A stretch of 62,623 nt of DNA, filler included, from Basidiobolus meristosporus CBS 931.73 (lineage: Eukaryota > Fungi > Basidiobolomycota), in the NCBI GenBank assembly GCA_002104905.1. It is 2 parts of 2 records of this genome, joined end to end, with 100 filler letters (N's around TTAATTAATTAA, not from the genome) between each part and the next. Parts side by side here need not be neighbours in the genome. Positions count along the whole stretch, not along the records: positions 1 to 30,711 come from MCFE01000845.1; 1 more part is not named here. One strand, given 5' to 3'. Each line of letters starts with the position of its first letter. Positions within the stretch are counted from its first letter, which is position 1. The position numbers and the translations under genes were made by a program. The notes under the pieces were generated by a model, which saw nothing but the letters and a program-made list of their open reading frames with translations, did no database searches and was not told the DNA's origin. Shown piece after piece: positions 13,571-26,451 of the stretch.

Positions 13571-14228
13571 CTTATATCAAGTCTTGTAATAGCTGATAGC
13601 ACCAACTAGTAATGTTTGCGTCATCTGTACAATTGGCTCTCACTATTATGGTAGGTAATATCTGTTATTTGGATGTGTTACTTTAATGTAAATGCCCATA
13701 GATGTGCATCACATTACAAACCATTTTGGTTACCCTCACTACAATTGGACTTTGGGTCAGTGTTTGATTAGTCTTAAAGTATCCTGGAGCTATGAGCCCT
13801 CAGTTGGCTAATTGATCAATACAGAAGCAATCTAATTTGCCGTTAAACATTCCATTGGAATATTGAGCAAGTAAATTTTTGATATTGTTTTGGTCAAGGT
13901 GTCATAGCTAGCATGCCACTATTCAGGTAACTGCAAAACAGATCAAATGGCTGCACTGGTGTTGTAGTTGATGGACAAGTATGCAGGGGGCTTATGTATA
14001 GGGGCTCTGTTTTAAATATGAGACAACCTTGATATCACTTCCATCACAAATTGAGTGATCTTTGATGTGAAATGGCTCAATTGGGATTGCAAGCACAAAA
14101 TGAGTTGTTTGGATGATGATAGATGGTAGCAACTCTGCAAAATTGAATCATCCTCTCACAGTTTTGTTTCTCACAGGGATCACTACTGAAGCATTTGGCA
14201 GTGACCCACTTTACACACCTAAACTATT

Positions 14229-14600
14229 TCATTGCTGATTAGTATCTTGGCTACTTGTGTACTTGTAGCTTGTACTCTGCCTCCTGGTTGATGGGTGCAG
14301 TGCTGCAGCTTGGCCATGCTGAACTGCTCCAGAGGATCTTACATGACCAGCCTGGTGTGGCACTTGCCAATGCCTTCTTTTACTTGTCAAATGCTCCTGT
14401 GGTGGAGGTAATTCCAGTGGGTCTTTGCCAGTCAGTTCTCCAGAAGTAACTTGCTGATGGTAAGGTGTAATGGCATGCATATGTGCCACATGACATGTTG
14501 GCATGGCCCTTGGTGAGTCCAGTGTGATGCTCTGTGTAAACATGTCTTGGCCCACTCCAGTAAACTTGTGTCTAATTGAGCAGCTTGGCAAATTCTGATA
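14229..14600 (-). mobile_element. Ty3/Gypsy pol C-terminal (GPY/F-like) remnant
   Basis: KFTGVGQDMFTQSITLDSPRAMPTCHVAHMHAITPYH resembles the K..GP..V......Y.L.LP....H.VFHV..LKPY module. Confidence 0.4.
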
Positions 14601-15449
14601 GTTTTACCTTGATCAAGGTGCATTGACCCAACAAGCTTCAGCCTGATGTGTGGCCTCCAGTCATGGATGTTGATGTAGATTGAACTGAAGTATGCTGGTA
14701 TGCTGGTACTTCAAGGCTTGAGAAGGATTCCAGCAAGGTGTGCTAGTTCAATCTGAATGTAGTTGCCCATAATCTGATTCCTCCTTCTCCAGTTGTCCAT
14801 CTGATTTCTCATGGTTTCCACTTGTACTGATCCAGCACTTGAATATTTAAGTTATATCAGTTTTTAGTCCAATCAATTAGCTTAAGGCTTAGCCTATCAA
14901 TATATGAGTGTTATCTATCAAATCAGCAGTGTTAGTTAGCAGATGAATCAGTAGATTGCTATCAGTCAGATATAGATATATGTGAAGTGAGATTTAAATT
15001 ATTTTTCAATGGTTTTTGTATGGTGTGCTGATTGGATCAATAACTCTTAGTCACAAGACTTTAATATTGTGGCAGCCTTTTTAAGAGATCTGCACAATTA
15101 TTTCTCATAGGGCATCATTACTAATATTGGTGGAAGCATGCCACCTAAGAAAAAAAACTAAGAAAAAGCCAGCAAAATACCATTATAATCTCAGCAGAAT
15201 TCTAAGTTTCTCAAAATTGACAACTTTCAATATCTCTGTTGTTAGCTGATGGGCAGGCAAGCAAACAGATCCCCCAGGTGGAGACTAGACTAACTAGCAT
15301 CCATGTCAGATTTAGTAATTAGCTGCCTGTTACTTCTATCTAAAATTGCATTTTATATTTAGAACCAAAAACACCAGCCAAAAATCAGATACATTCCAAG
15401 TTTGAGATTTTTCATAGGGGCTACTTCTCAAGCCAATACATCACATCAC

Positions 15450-15950
15450 TCACCATCAAATGAAATACTGGGCTCACTTGACTCTACAAAATATCCTTGG
15501 CCTTTTTTCTCATTGGTGTTGACCAAAAGCTTTTTTGGATTTTGTTAGTCTGATGTTGGGTACTGTTGTGAGGCAAGATAGACTCACAATTTGTTAATGA
15601 TTGTTCTTCATCAGAGCTATCACTGTATGGGCCATATTCAGAATGCTCAGGTGAGCCAGAAGACAATGCAAATTCATTTGACTCAATTTACACAAGGTGG
15701 CAAGTGTTGCTAAGTGAGCTCTAGAAATATCAGGTGACTGGCAAGGTATTCTAGGTACTATTATAACTCATAAATGCTTGAGTATGACTTGAGTAGCAAA
15801 ATACTTGCGGTGATCCTTCTATTATTTCCTTTGCAGTTTGTATTCTGCATGGCTAAGAGGCTTGTTACAATGGCCACATGTTTTTTCCCTTCTCTTATGT
15901 TTTTAAATTGAAATAGTGTTGCTCATAGGGCAAGCAGCTTGACTTTCCAC
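15450..15950 (-). mobile_element. Third CACTA-like fragment
   Basis: ORF 15484-15666 (GSPEHSEYGPYSDSSDEE) is homologous to 7925-8275 (GSPQPSEYGMQSDSSDKE); 15860-15910 is the reverse complement of ~7805-7860. Confidence 0.55.
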
Positions 15951-15979
15951 TACATAGCATTATTACATCAGTTTTTGGC

Positions 15980-16603
15980 ATTATTCATATGAGCTGAAGA
16001 AAGTCTTGTATATGAAGCATTGCACTGATATCAATGTATTATTAAGTGATAACCCTCCATGGCATGGTGTAACTAGTATACGGATATTAAACATCCTTTC
16101 ATATAAAAGCCATAGATGATAGCCTAGTTAGCTTAGTTTACTGTCCTGAATATGAAATGATTGCTGACATATTTACCAAGCCGTTAGCTAGAGACATTTG
16201 AATATCTTTGATCACAGTTAGTAACACTCAATATGAGTATTTAGCTGTGCAGGGGTGTTTCAAGTCTTGTAATTCCCCATAAGTATTCACCTAGCTTTGT
16301 CACTTTGATTATCACCCACAACTCTTAGAGAATTCTGACCCAATTTCTTGCAGGGATATACTGGAAATTTTTTCACTAAAACAACAGGTACCCTGAATAT
16401 GTGATTTCCCAAAGTTGTTCAAACAGCCCCAAGCTTTGCACACATACTCTTAGGGCCTTCCTTATCATATTCTACATACTTTTTTTGCCAAGAACATTTA
16501 AAGGTATAAATGCTACTCCTCCATATGATAAATCAATAAGTAAAAGACAAATAATCTACTTCATCTCCCAATCACTTCCAGTATCACCAAATCACTTACA
16601 ACT
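15980..16603 (+). mobile_element. Ty1/Copia 3' remnant: RNase H C-terminus, degenerate PPT and 3' LTR
   Basis: IKAIDDSLVSLVYCPEYEMIADIFTKPLARD is the Copia RNase H end. It is followed by GCAGGGG and then ~16256-16603, a diverged reverse complement of the 350-bp LTR at 26452. Confidence 0.8.
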
Positions 16604-19600
16604 GCATCAATGCCCTGACAGTTGGAGCATAAGATGTGAGTGGGTGCTGAGAAAAGTACTGAGAGTACTAAATATCCCCTGTTTGCATGAAACATCTCCT
16701 AGGATCATTCATTGGCAACTTTATTTTGTGAAGTTGCCCTTAAATGACCATTACACCGTGTGATGCAAGAAACACCTGAATATCACTAGCTCTCTGGATT
16801 ATCTTCAATACTCCATCATATATATGATTTGGAGGCAAAGAAGCATAGCTATCAGCATTCTGAAAGGTACTGAGTAGTCATACCAGATTGAAGTTGGAAT
16901 CAGGGGTAGAATACCATCACAAGAATGATTTGAGGAGGTATCAAGAGCATCCAAAAAAAATCCAATGATGGGGTTGTCAACATGGAAATTCTTGGAATCA
17001 GTTGAAATGCCGGTGATCACCAGTATTTTGGGCACATCCCGGTCACCCCGTATTCAACACATAGCTTCCTGGGACCTTGCTCGAAGCACTCTTGCTGTTA
17101 AGTTTGCAAGGTTCATGCAGAGAGGCTGACAATCCATTTCGGCTCGATCAATTGGCCACTTGGTGCCCACACCTTTCAAGCACTCCAGATCACTATTGAG
17201 TACATAGCACCGCTTACAACATGGAATCCAAGGTTGGCGTTTCTATTGGGGCACGGAAAGCACCGGTCCTCTCTAAAGATCAGTGATATTAAAGTATGCA
17301 CATTGGCACATATTGGCCGCTTGACGCCACTGTGCGCACCCATTGAGTAATTGTGGTCTCGACGTTGGGAGGGGATTAGGAGATAGAGAATGGTAGATCT
17401 GACCCTACACTCTGGCACTATGTCTACGGATGGCCAGCACCCGCGATGAGCGTGACGCTTGATGGACTCAGTCCTGGTCGGCGTAAACACCAGCGAATTG
17501 TCGCAGGAGCATAGGAAAGGTCGAAGTCCCGTTGCGCAGCCTCCCGAAAATCCACCCATTCGTTCACCAACCTCGGATGCCGCTGTCGATGTCGATGGGC
17601 CCAGGGCTGGCACAGAGGCTGATGGGTGGGAAAGGAACTCATCCAACGAATCCAGAAACTTTAATCAGGATACACTCTACCCACTTGAAATCCGCATCGA
17701 GGTGCATCCCACCGGGGTTCGCGGTCGAATCATCCGGAACGATCCAATGAACGAAGCCATACTCCCAAGCTCGATCCTCGATCGCCGCAACCGCAACCGT
17801 AACCGCATGCGCGCGCCCGCAAATGGCACGGAAGAGATCGAATCATCGGATACCTGATCATCCTGGGAAACTTCGGTTAGATATGGAAATGGTTTCAGTG
17901 TCGGGGGACTTGGGGGTGTGGCTTAGTGGAGCCTGATGGGTGATCACCATTGGATCATTAAGCAGCGAAATCCCAGGGATTTTTTTCAGATGGCTGGTTT
18001 GACACGCATTCACACACGCACATACACACATACACACAAACAAACTCGCGGGTGGGTAGCGTGGCCACTTGGGCGGTAGTTCGTGATGGGGATCCTGGTA
18101 TCTCAATGTCTGTCCAAGCTCAATTGCGTGCATAAGGGGAGAACGAGGTGTGGGGGGGGGGGAACATGTCGCATTGAGGGCAAAGGGCAACCAAGTCGCC
18201 ACCACCAGAAATTAGGGTTGGATTGGTGTGGTTGTATGATTGGTGATCGAGACAGATTTATGCATGAGATGCGTGAAGGCGCGCATATTCCATGAACTGG
18301 TTATGTAATACAATTCCCGGCCTCACTCGTCAAGCTACATGGGGATGGGGTTGACACGTTGATCCATGATGGTGATTGTGATTGTGAACACATTTCACTA
18401 ACGTACCGTGCAACGCTACCATGACTCATCGTGAATTCGGATGGACTTCAAGGGGGGGGGGCAGATTCCATCACCGACACTGACATTGATACTAGCCCGG
18501 GTCAATTGGTTGTTGAGGGCAACCTCAACTGCCTAAGGGTTCATCGTCCTCCGTACACGGCCAGGGTTTCCGCAACTACGCCTACCGATGGCTCGTGTAC
18601 ACCGTGGGGGAGAGCTGGCGTCGATAAAGATGGAACTATCAAGGCGGAGGGCACATGCGGTCACATTCACAGAGACACCAAAGAATACTTCCGAGCAACG
18701 GGGTTATTGTCAAAGGGAGGCCGGGATCCAACCAGTGCTCAACTACCAGGCTGCATCTCCACTCCCCGCGAGCCCCTGGTGGGATTTCCTGTATACGACC
18801 GGCCCAGGATTCTCTGAAGGTTACGCCTTACATCATCTCGTGTTTCATTTGGCTGGATGGCCGGTTTCCATGTATGGGTTAGTATGGCTCAGCTGGACAG
18901 GAAATCCGTTCGTCATGCTGGGGATTTCATTCCTGGGTCAGGGAGTTTCATTTACCGTGAAGATGGGCTTCTTTAAGGCGAATTGTGGTAACCACGTGCA
19001 ACCGGGAAACATCCCTCTCATCGAGAACCAGGTAGGCCATGGGCGATGGCCAGATCAATCACTCTCACCCATCGGCCAAGCGGAACGATGGAAGATACCG
19101 AACACTTGAGGGGTCAGATTTGCGTGGCTTACTTTGAAGCATGATGACCACATTGTGGAGAAACATATCAGGACCGTGAAATGGGTGAAGCTAGTCACTA
19201 ATGCCGGAATGGATCAATCCCGGTTCTACCCTCTGGAATGGCACTCTGAAAGAACCCAAATCCACAGCTGGGTACTCACGGCATCACAAGATCTCGCTGT
19301 CATCGAAAGGCTTCGGGGTCTGCGGAAGAGATGTCCACTGGGGCGGTACGAAATAACGCGCCAGCGGTAGCCTGCACTTGAAGCCATAAAGCCATGGAAA
19401 TGCTTCGGGGAAAACCCCGGGGGAGGCCTTGGCAGATCCGGGTGTAGCCACGAGAAAATTCCCCGAAAATTAAGGTTGCCGGGATTTCCACCGAGTTCAT
19501 TGGCGGCTCGGTTGAACTGGCTGGTACCAGTTTGTGAATTTGGTGAGTGCAGAGAGGATTTCCCGGCGGTTACATCCGCCTCGGATGGATGGATACGGTA

Positions 19601-20778
19601 TGGCTGCCCATGGAACCGTGCATTTGCTTACGAAAGCTTCAGCACGGTCGAATTCCATCAGTTACGCGGATAGGACTGCTTGGTTCTGTGTTCTTGACTT
19701 CCACCATGTCGCACATATCATGACTCACCATTCGGTTGACTCCAGTCAGCCCACCTCCTGGACACCCTGCTCATACGACCTGTTGATATCGACGCGGTGT
19801 TTGTCGGCCGACTATCTTCTGATGCAGGACATGCACTTCGTCGCTCTGCCACTGGCCTATCCTAAACCCCCATCTATGCTGCTGGTATGAGGGACGGGTT
19901 TGTTGATCAATACGCCAGAGACGAGGGTGTCAGCATAGCACTTACCTCATCGAGAGGAATACCAGCCGTGCTATCTTGAACACAGTCACAATCGCCAAAG
20001 GCGTGACCTCGTCACGTTGGGAGGTAATTAAGGTGAGTACGCCGCTGTCGGATCCGAAGGGTTTGGTTTCTCGGCATTGTATGGGTAGCGGTACAAGGAG
20101 CTCGGAGTCCCCACCAAAGGGTGCCTCTCGAAAGGGGTACCTATTGGTGGGACAACCTTTATCTCCATTAGCCCCATACCGTTCGGAAACCCATTTTAAT
20201 CGACCACCTCGTTCACCACCTTTCCGCCGTCTAATTCACGGTTCCCCTTGTTCGACAGTTGTGATGCACACCCACCGCGCACAGATCATGAACTCTGGTT
20301 CCTTAGACAGCCGGGACAAACGGTGAGAACATGAGGCGGGGATCGGGATGGGATTTAAGGTTTGTTCGGTGCTTCCGACATGACCCACCCCGTCTTCATT
20401 TCCCCGTAACATCCCACCGGTTACTAGTGTTCCCAGTGCTGGATCTCCGGGTGGATCAGGTCGGAGTCAAAAATCCACCCTGTATGCCATCGCATCCACG
20501 CCTCTCCAATGGAAAAACCCCGGCCCTTTTTTGCCAAATAAAGTGATTCGCCAAATGGCTGTGGAGGTTAGGGCCGTTCTATATCAGTGTGGTGTTTGCT
20601 TGCTCTGATTGGATCGGTGGCGAATTGAATTTATTGTGTGCAATGCATTGGGAAATTTGGGAGGTGGGAAAGCGAAGGCTATGTTCTGCTGAGTACTGCA
20701 GAACGGTGAGAGCCGTTGGTATATCTCTGCTGGGGCAGTATTGCATTCGATCGAAGTATGTACAAATCGTGGTCAAGT

Positions 20779-23264
20779 TTAGAATGAGTTGGCCAGGCCG
20801 CTAGGCCATTCTTGCAAAAGTCCCCGAGTATCACTTGGCAAGGCTTGTTTCGCATGTATGAGCTCGCTATTCACATTCCCCGCATCAACGGGCAAAAGAG
20901 AGCCGTCGGTGGAGGGATCGGTGCAAGAGCTCATATAGATATTGTTCAATAATCCATCAAAGAATGAACCTTGGCCGAACGGAATGTCCACGAGATCCTG
21001 GAATCCATTGAAGAATTCGATGGCCCCATGGTCTACCTGAGGTGCATCCGGTGACGGATAGAGCTCTGCTCCGTTGCTCGTTCGGTCGAATTGGATTTCT
21101 GGTGTTGTAAGGTCGACACCATCGACTGCCAGCTCGGACACCGGGGATTGGAAGGCTGTTGGCAATAATGTGCTCTCTATATATCCTGTATTTGGTGGCT
21201 GCTCGGAGAGAACAGGGTTCCCTGGAGAAACAACCCGGCTGCGGATGGACACCAAACCTTTCAACAATGTCCCGTATTTTCCTGCCATCGGCCATTCTTT
21301 CTTGAGCATGAGAAGTGTATGATAGGTGCGCTCAAGCTTACTTCTGGCTTCCTCCACCGCGGTAGCAACCTGGGTGGAAAACAAGGAGTGCATGAACACA
21401 GTTCCAGCAGTGAAAATCCCGAAACTGATGTGGGGATAGTTGTAGCAAGAGGGATACGTATAGAACGCAGGTATGGCGGCCGCAATCTCATTGGCAGATA
21501 CAATACACCTTTTCCAGGAGTCCTCGAGGATTGATCCCGATGCACTCATATCAAGGTTGGAGCGATAGAGCAGTATTATGATGGTATGATAAAGGATGTG
21601 GATACAGATGATGAAACCAGCTCTAGAGTATCCACTCGGGGATGGTTCGCTCACAAGCTGGCAAGGGTACTTGTATTGAGAAGGAAGAGACTCTGCCCAC
21701 GCGGTTAGACTGCTCTCTAGCACGGTGAATCTGGCCGATGTTTCTGCACTGGGTGGAGTTTTGCGGAACTTGGGACTATTGACGAATTGAGATACTCTGC
21801 CCAATAAGGCGACTAGTTTGACCCAATGCGCCCGGTATCCAGTGCATATTTCTTTTTTACTGGCCTGCGGCGAGAATGTTGTCGTAAAGGCACTGGTAGC
21901 ATTATCAGAAATGTCGAGCAGCTCTGTCTCCACCGGATTTTCATTGTTGAAATCCTTTTCATCACATGGAAGTAGCACCCTGGTGTCCTGCTCATCAATC
22001 GCCATGGATCTACCAGTGCCACTGCTAACCAGACGATCCCTAATGAAGCAGGACCACCAAACCCGTCTCCGGGTCTCGGCCTCTACCCATTCACTTGGAC
22101 ACTGGCCCTCGACCGAGCCTCCTTCATCGAGTCTGTTGATGCCCAACTCCTGCGCCATTCTAGGGATTTCAAAGTTTCAATAAACATGTCGCCCCAAAGC
22201 AAGCCAGCCAGAACTTACCGGACAGCCATCCCTAGGTACATCCACGACCTGGAGATACGGGCGTTTGTGTATTCGTAGTAGGAGAATATCAACAGCGCCT
22301 GAGTGGTGGAAATGCAGGGATCATCAAGGCAGAGAACAAGAATATCGCGGAATCGGTCCGAGAATATCTCTCCACGTCTGGTGCATTCGTCGGCAAGGAT
22401 GGCAGGATGGTTCGACAAACGAGATACGCATGCGCATATGCTTAGTATCAATATAGGCGGCACCTCCTTGTTCTTCAACTTCCTGAAGAATGTCGGGCGA
22501 TGAACGAATGGCATTTGTGGATAGATCACATCGAAATATATATTCGCCAGATGCTCTGTTATCTGCGGCGGTGGCAGTGAGTCCGCCCCAACCAAACACA
22601 GGACCTCCGATTCGCTTTTCGGAGACGGGGTTTTCTCTTTGCTGCCGCCTGTGCTGAGAGAGTGGAGGCCTGAAGTGTTTCCCAGATAGGACTGGGACCA
22701 TACCTGCTCCACCTTCTCTCTTACGGCCGTTTCGTCTTCCACGGCTTCTTTCTCGAAAGTCTCGACGGGGCTCAAGGCTTGGTACTGCTGCGAGTAGGTT
22801 GGCAGTGCTTGTGAGCCGATATTCCCAAAGAACGGGGTACCACCGGCATCAAAAGAGGGTATGGGAATGTGAGAGAAATTACTGAAGTAGTTGTGGGGAG
22901 CGCTGGACAAGACGGGTATGGAAATCATGTTGGACGTCTCCGCTGCGGATAGACTCGAAGAGCGCACAGGAGGACCCCGCTGCTCCACCCTGCTCGGTGG
23001 AGTCGCCCCAGGGGCCGAGAATCGGCGAAAAAACTCCACACAGTCTTCGGGCAGCTTCTCCTCGGTGGCAGACGGCCCTTGGCGCGGGCCTCTCTTTTTG
23101 AAGCTGGGTAAATAGGTGCAAGATACGTTTAAACGAATACAATTAGAGCAGCTTGGACGGTTCCCGTCGCATTTCACTTTCTTTTTCCTACACACGTCGC
23201 AGGCCTGGGTGAGGCGTTTTCGTTTCATTGGCTTTGAGGTATCCAAGGCATCCTGGGAATCCAT
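20779..23264 (-). CDS. Zn(II)2Cys6 fungal transcription factor with Fungal_trans domain; one intron (22160-22218)
   Basis: ACDVCRKKKVKCDGNRPSCSNCIRLNVSCTY; MPFVHRPTF; SWMYLGMAVR|MAQELG; ETRRRVWWSCFIRDR; GTAAGT...CTAG intron restores the frame. Confidence 0.93.
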
Positions 23265-24565
23265 AACAAGTACTAGCGTGGTTTGAAGCACAATCGGGAT
23301 GTGAAGAGGCTGCAGAAGGGAGTGGGCAGGGTATCGATAAAAAATGGCGAAGATCCACTAGAGAATCAGCAACTTGATGAAAACTAATGTCATATGTCCA
23401 AGCAGGGAAAGTCAGTGAGATGGCAGATATATATAGTAAACCCTGGAGTGATTAGAGATTCAGCAGCCATAGCAGGTCGAAATCGACCACTGCCACTGTT
23501 GAAATAGAATGGAGATTAGTAATATATATTAGCATCAGAGCATGCTTGCAGCATCATGCATCTGTGACTTTCCTGCTCTCATTGGCCTTGCGGTGGATCA
23601 GCTGACCCAAAAGAGCCTCGAGGAAATCTGCTGAGATCTCAAACCTGTTGGACGCCATGTCAAAGGGCGGCTCTAACAATATACAATCCTGATTGAATTA
23701 GTCTTATTACCAGGATCTAGGCTGTGGAGGGAACAACATCACTAGCCTCGCTGCCACTGGTCAGCTAGGGGTGGCTGGTGATCCAAAGCGCTAGCAGAGA
23801 TCCTTGAGCGCCCAGCGGATCCTGGCCGGCCTTGATCTCGCCTATGAAGAAAACGGCTTGAATTCATCGTTCGTCGTTGCTTGAGTAACCGCAAATATAT
23901 TAACCAATATCTCGCCCAGATGCTTATATCTTGGAGCTTGTTTGTTGGCCAAAATAGGCTGGCTACAGCCGGTGTGTCATAGCTTGACAACCCGCCGAAA
24001 TAGGAAGGGGTTAAGTGCTTTCTGGTTATACAATGACCAAGTCGCGGTGGGAGTAGTCAGGCTTTCTGGCTCGCTGCACTTCAGAAACATGGAGCTGCCT
24101 CCTCCGTCTGCCAATGGCGGCCGGGTGACTCAAGCACCAGCCATCCGCCAATAAGATCGCCCGATGGTGCCAAATCCGATTCGCCACGTATACAATCCTG
24201 AATCAAACGAGTAAGTTTGTGCACTTGTACTTGCGAACGAAAAACCCATCTGCGAGCACAAACGCAGACTCCCTAGTGCGCTTTGCATGACTAAGCCTTA
24301 GTCAGCAGGCTGATCGTGGCCGATAAATACGTCCAGCTGAGGTTGCTGCCCGTTGGAAAAGGAAACGGTTTCTCATCGAGGCAGTCTAATAGAGTAACGC
24401 AGCCTTGTTTGTGAAAATTTATTCCAAATTATTTCATCAGCTACCTCACGAGAATATTTAGCAGGGTCAATAGGTAACCATTCCTATATAAATTCTAGCT
24501 TGATTGATTAGTGCGAATGGGGGACATGTTTGCTGATCACCAGAGCCGTGTAGTTCATTCCTAGC

Positions 24566-25703
24566 TCAAGGGGAGCGGCGGGAGGGACGTGCGGGGGATC
24601 GAGAGCGCGATACAGATACTGAGCGAGAGCGCCGTGAGGGTCGGGCCGGGGAGCGCGATGCACTTACGGAGCGTGAACGCCGTGAGTGGCGGGAGGGTCG
24701 CACCGGGGAGCGCGATTCACTTACGGAACGAGAGCGTCGGGAGCGACGGGAGGATCGTTCTGGGGATCGTGAGTTTGAGCGGGAGCGTGATGATCGGCGT
24801 GAACGCCTTGAACGGGAGACAGGTGATCGGGACCTGGAGTAGCTAGGTGAGCGGCGGGAATAACGACGGGGCCGGTATCTGTTGGATGAAGTAGATCTTT
24901 CTCTACGTGTTTTACGCGTTTTTGATCTGCCATCAGAGGAGTCGGAATTCGACGAAGAGCTATCGCTATCGCTCTCACTCTCGCTTCCGCTTTCACTTGA
25001 AGAGCTACTGGAGGATCCTGTAGAGTCACTGTAACTGCTACTTGAGGTTGAGTAGGATCTACGGCGGTTTCTTGACCTTGTTTTGGAGCTATCGCGCTCA
25101 ACTCTGTGAGATCTCCCGCGGTCCTCCTTCCTTGATCTCTCCAACGACTCCAATTCCCGCTTCGCTCTCATTGCCTCCTTTGTGGCTGCTCTCTTTTCTT
25201 CATCAAACGCGGCCCCTTCGACGTATGTATCCTGGTTGATTCCAAGTGCTTGCATCATTTTAGCATTTTCGATCTCCTTGGCTTGAGCCAGCTGATGGGT
25301 GTCATGAACTTTCAACTCTTTGGCATCACGTTCATTCGTATTGGTCAACTCCAAGAGGAGGGATTCTCTCAACTCGGATACTTTCTTTTCGATTTCATCT
25401 TCGGGCAAACTACAGTAGAATTTGATTGTTAATAAAAGTAAACATCAACAGCAATTAATACAAGAGAAAGTACCCTTCATCTTCAAGTTCCGTCTGCAGA
25501 GTAAAGCATTTCAGCTCGATCTGGCGCTTTCTGTCATGCTCAAGTATTCCTTGATCAGGCTTTCTGGTGGAAGGCTTGTAGTCTCTTTGGGAATCAAACT
25601 TGGAAAAGGGCTCTTTACGATCTCTTAATGCCGAGAGATTCCTCACAACGAAACCGTTTGTACCCGAACCACGCGGTGTCGAAAGTCCAATCCCGTTGTA
25701 CAT
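24566..25703 (-). CDS. CWC21: Pre-mRNA splicing factor Cwc21/SRRM2-like with RS-rich tail; intron 25410-25473
   Basis: MYNGIGLSTPRGSGTNGFVVRNLS N-terminus; ILEHDRKRQIELKC cwf21 domain; tandem RSRS repeats at the C-terminus. Confidence 0.92.
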
Positions 25704-26451
25704 ATGTATTTAATGACTTCGGGTGAATGTTAATTTGGAGAGAAGAAAAGAGTGGCAAAGTTAAAAATAGGTATTCGGACAAATGGAATTTTCGGAACAA
25801 AATGTGACCTATCGATCCACCTGAATATTGACTTGATTCTGATTTTAATCATGGATGATGCAACAGACTTATCAGAAGTCTCTCAATCTTTGAACGATTT
25901 GAAAGCAGATAATCCTATAGCTGGCACCAGACAACCACAGAAGCTATATATCATTATACTTGGTGATAATACAGTAATGGTGCTGCATCAGTATGGCAAT
26001 TTATCAGCCCGCCTTTGGTGCATTGAAGTCCTCCCCTAGTAGAAATGACAAGATTGATAATTTGTCTATATTAGTCATGCACCATTAATCTCACCATAAC
26101 TCATTGCTGTAATATGGATTGTTGACACAATGATAGCTTTGAGGTATTCTTTATCAGCTGGGAAAACTTAATTACCACAAGCTTTGATGCTTCCTTTAAA
26201 CCCTTTTTGCATGATACCTGCTATTACTTTGACCTGGTGACATCTTGTAAATAGGTGAAAGGCAGGCATGGCCATATGGACTGGATGATTCCTTCTCACA
26301 GGAGCTTAGGGATACTATGGGCATCTAGTGTTGGATTATGTGGATTGCACTTGAGTGATTAATTATGTGTTAATTTGCACATACTTTTGAAGCTGGTGAG
26401 TACATCTGGAGAGGTTTCAGGCATTTTAGGGGTTCTGGAAATACTGTAAGC

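Noticed and set aside
24589-24960. Regularly spaced repeats resembling an array
   Set aside because: They encode the RS-rich tail of Cwc21; not a CRISPR or non-coding array.
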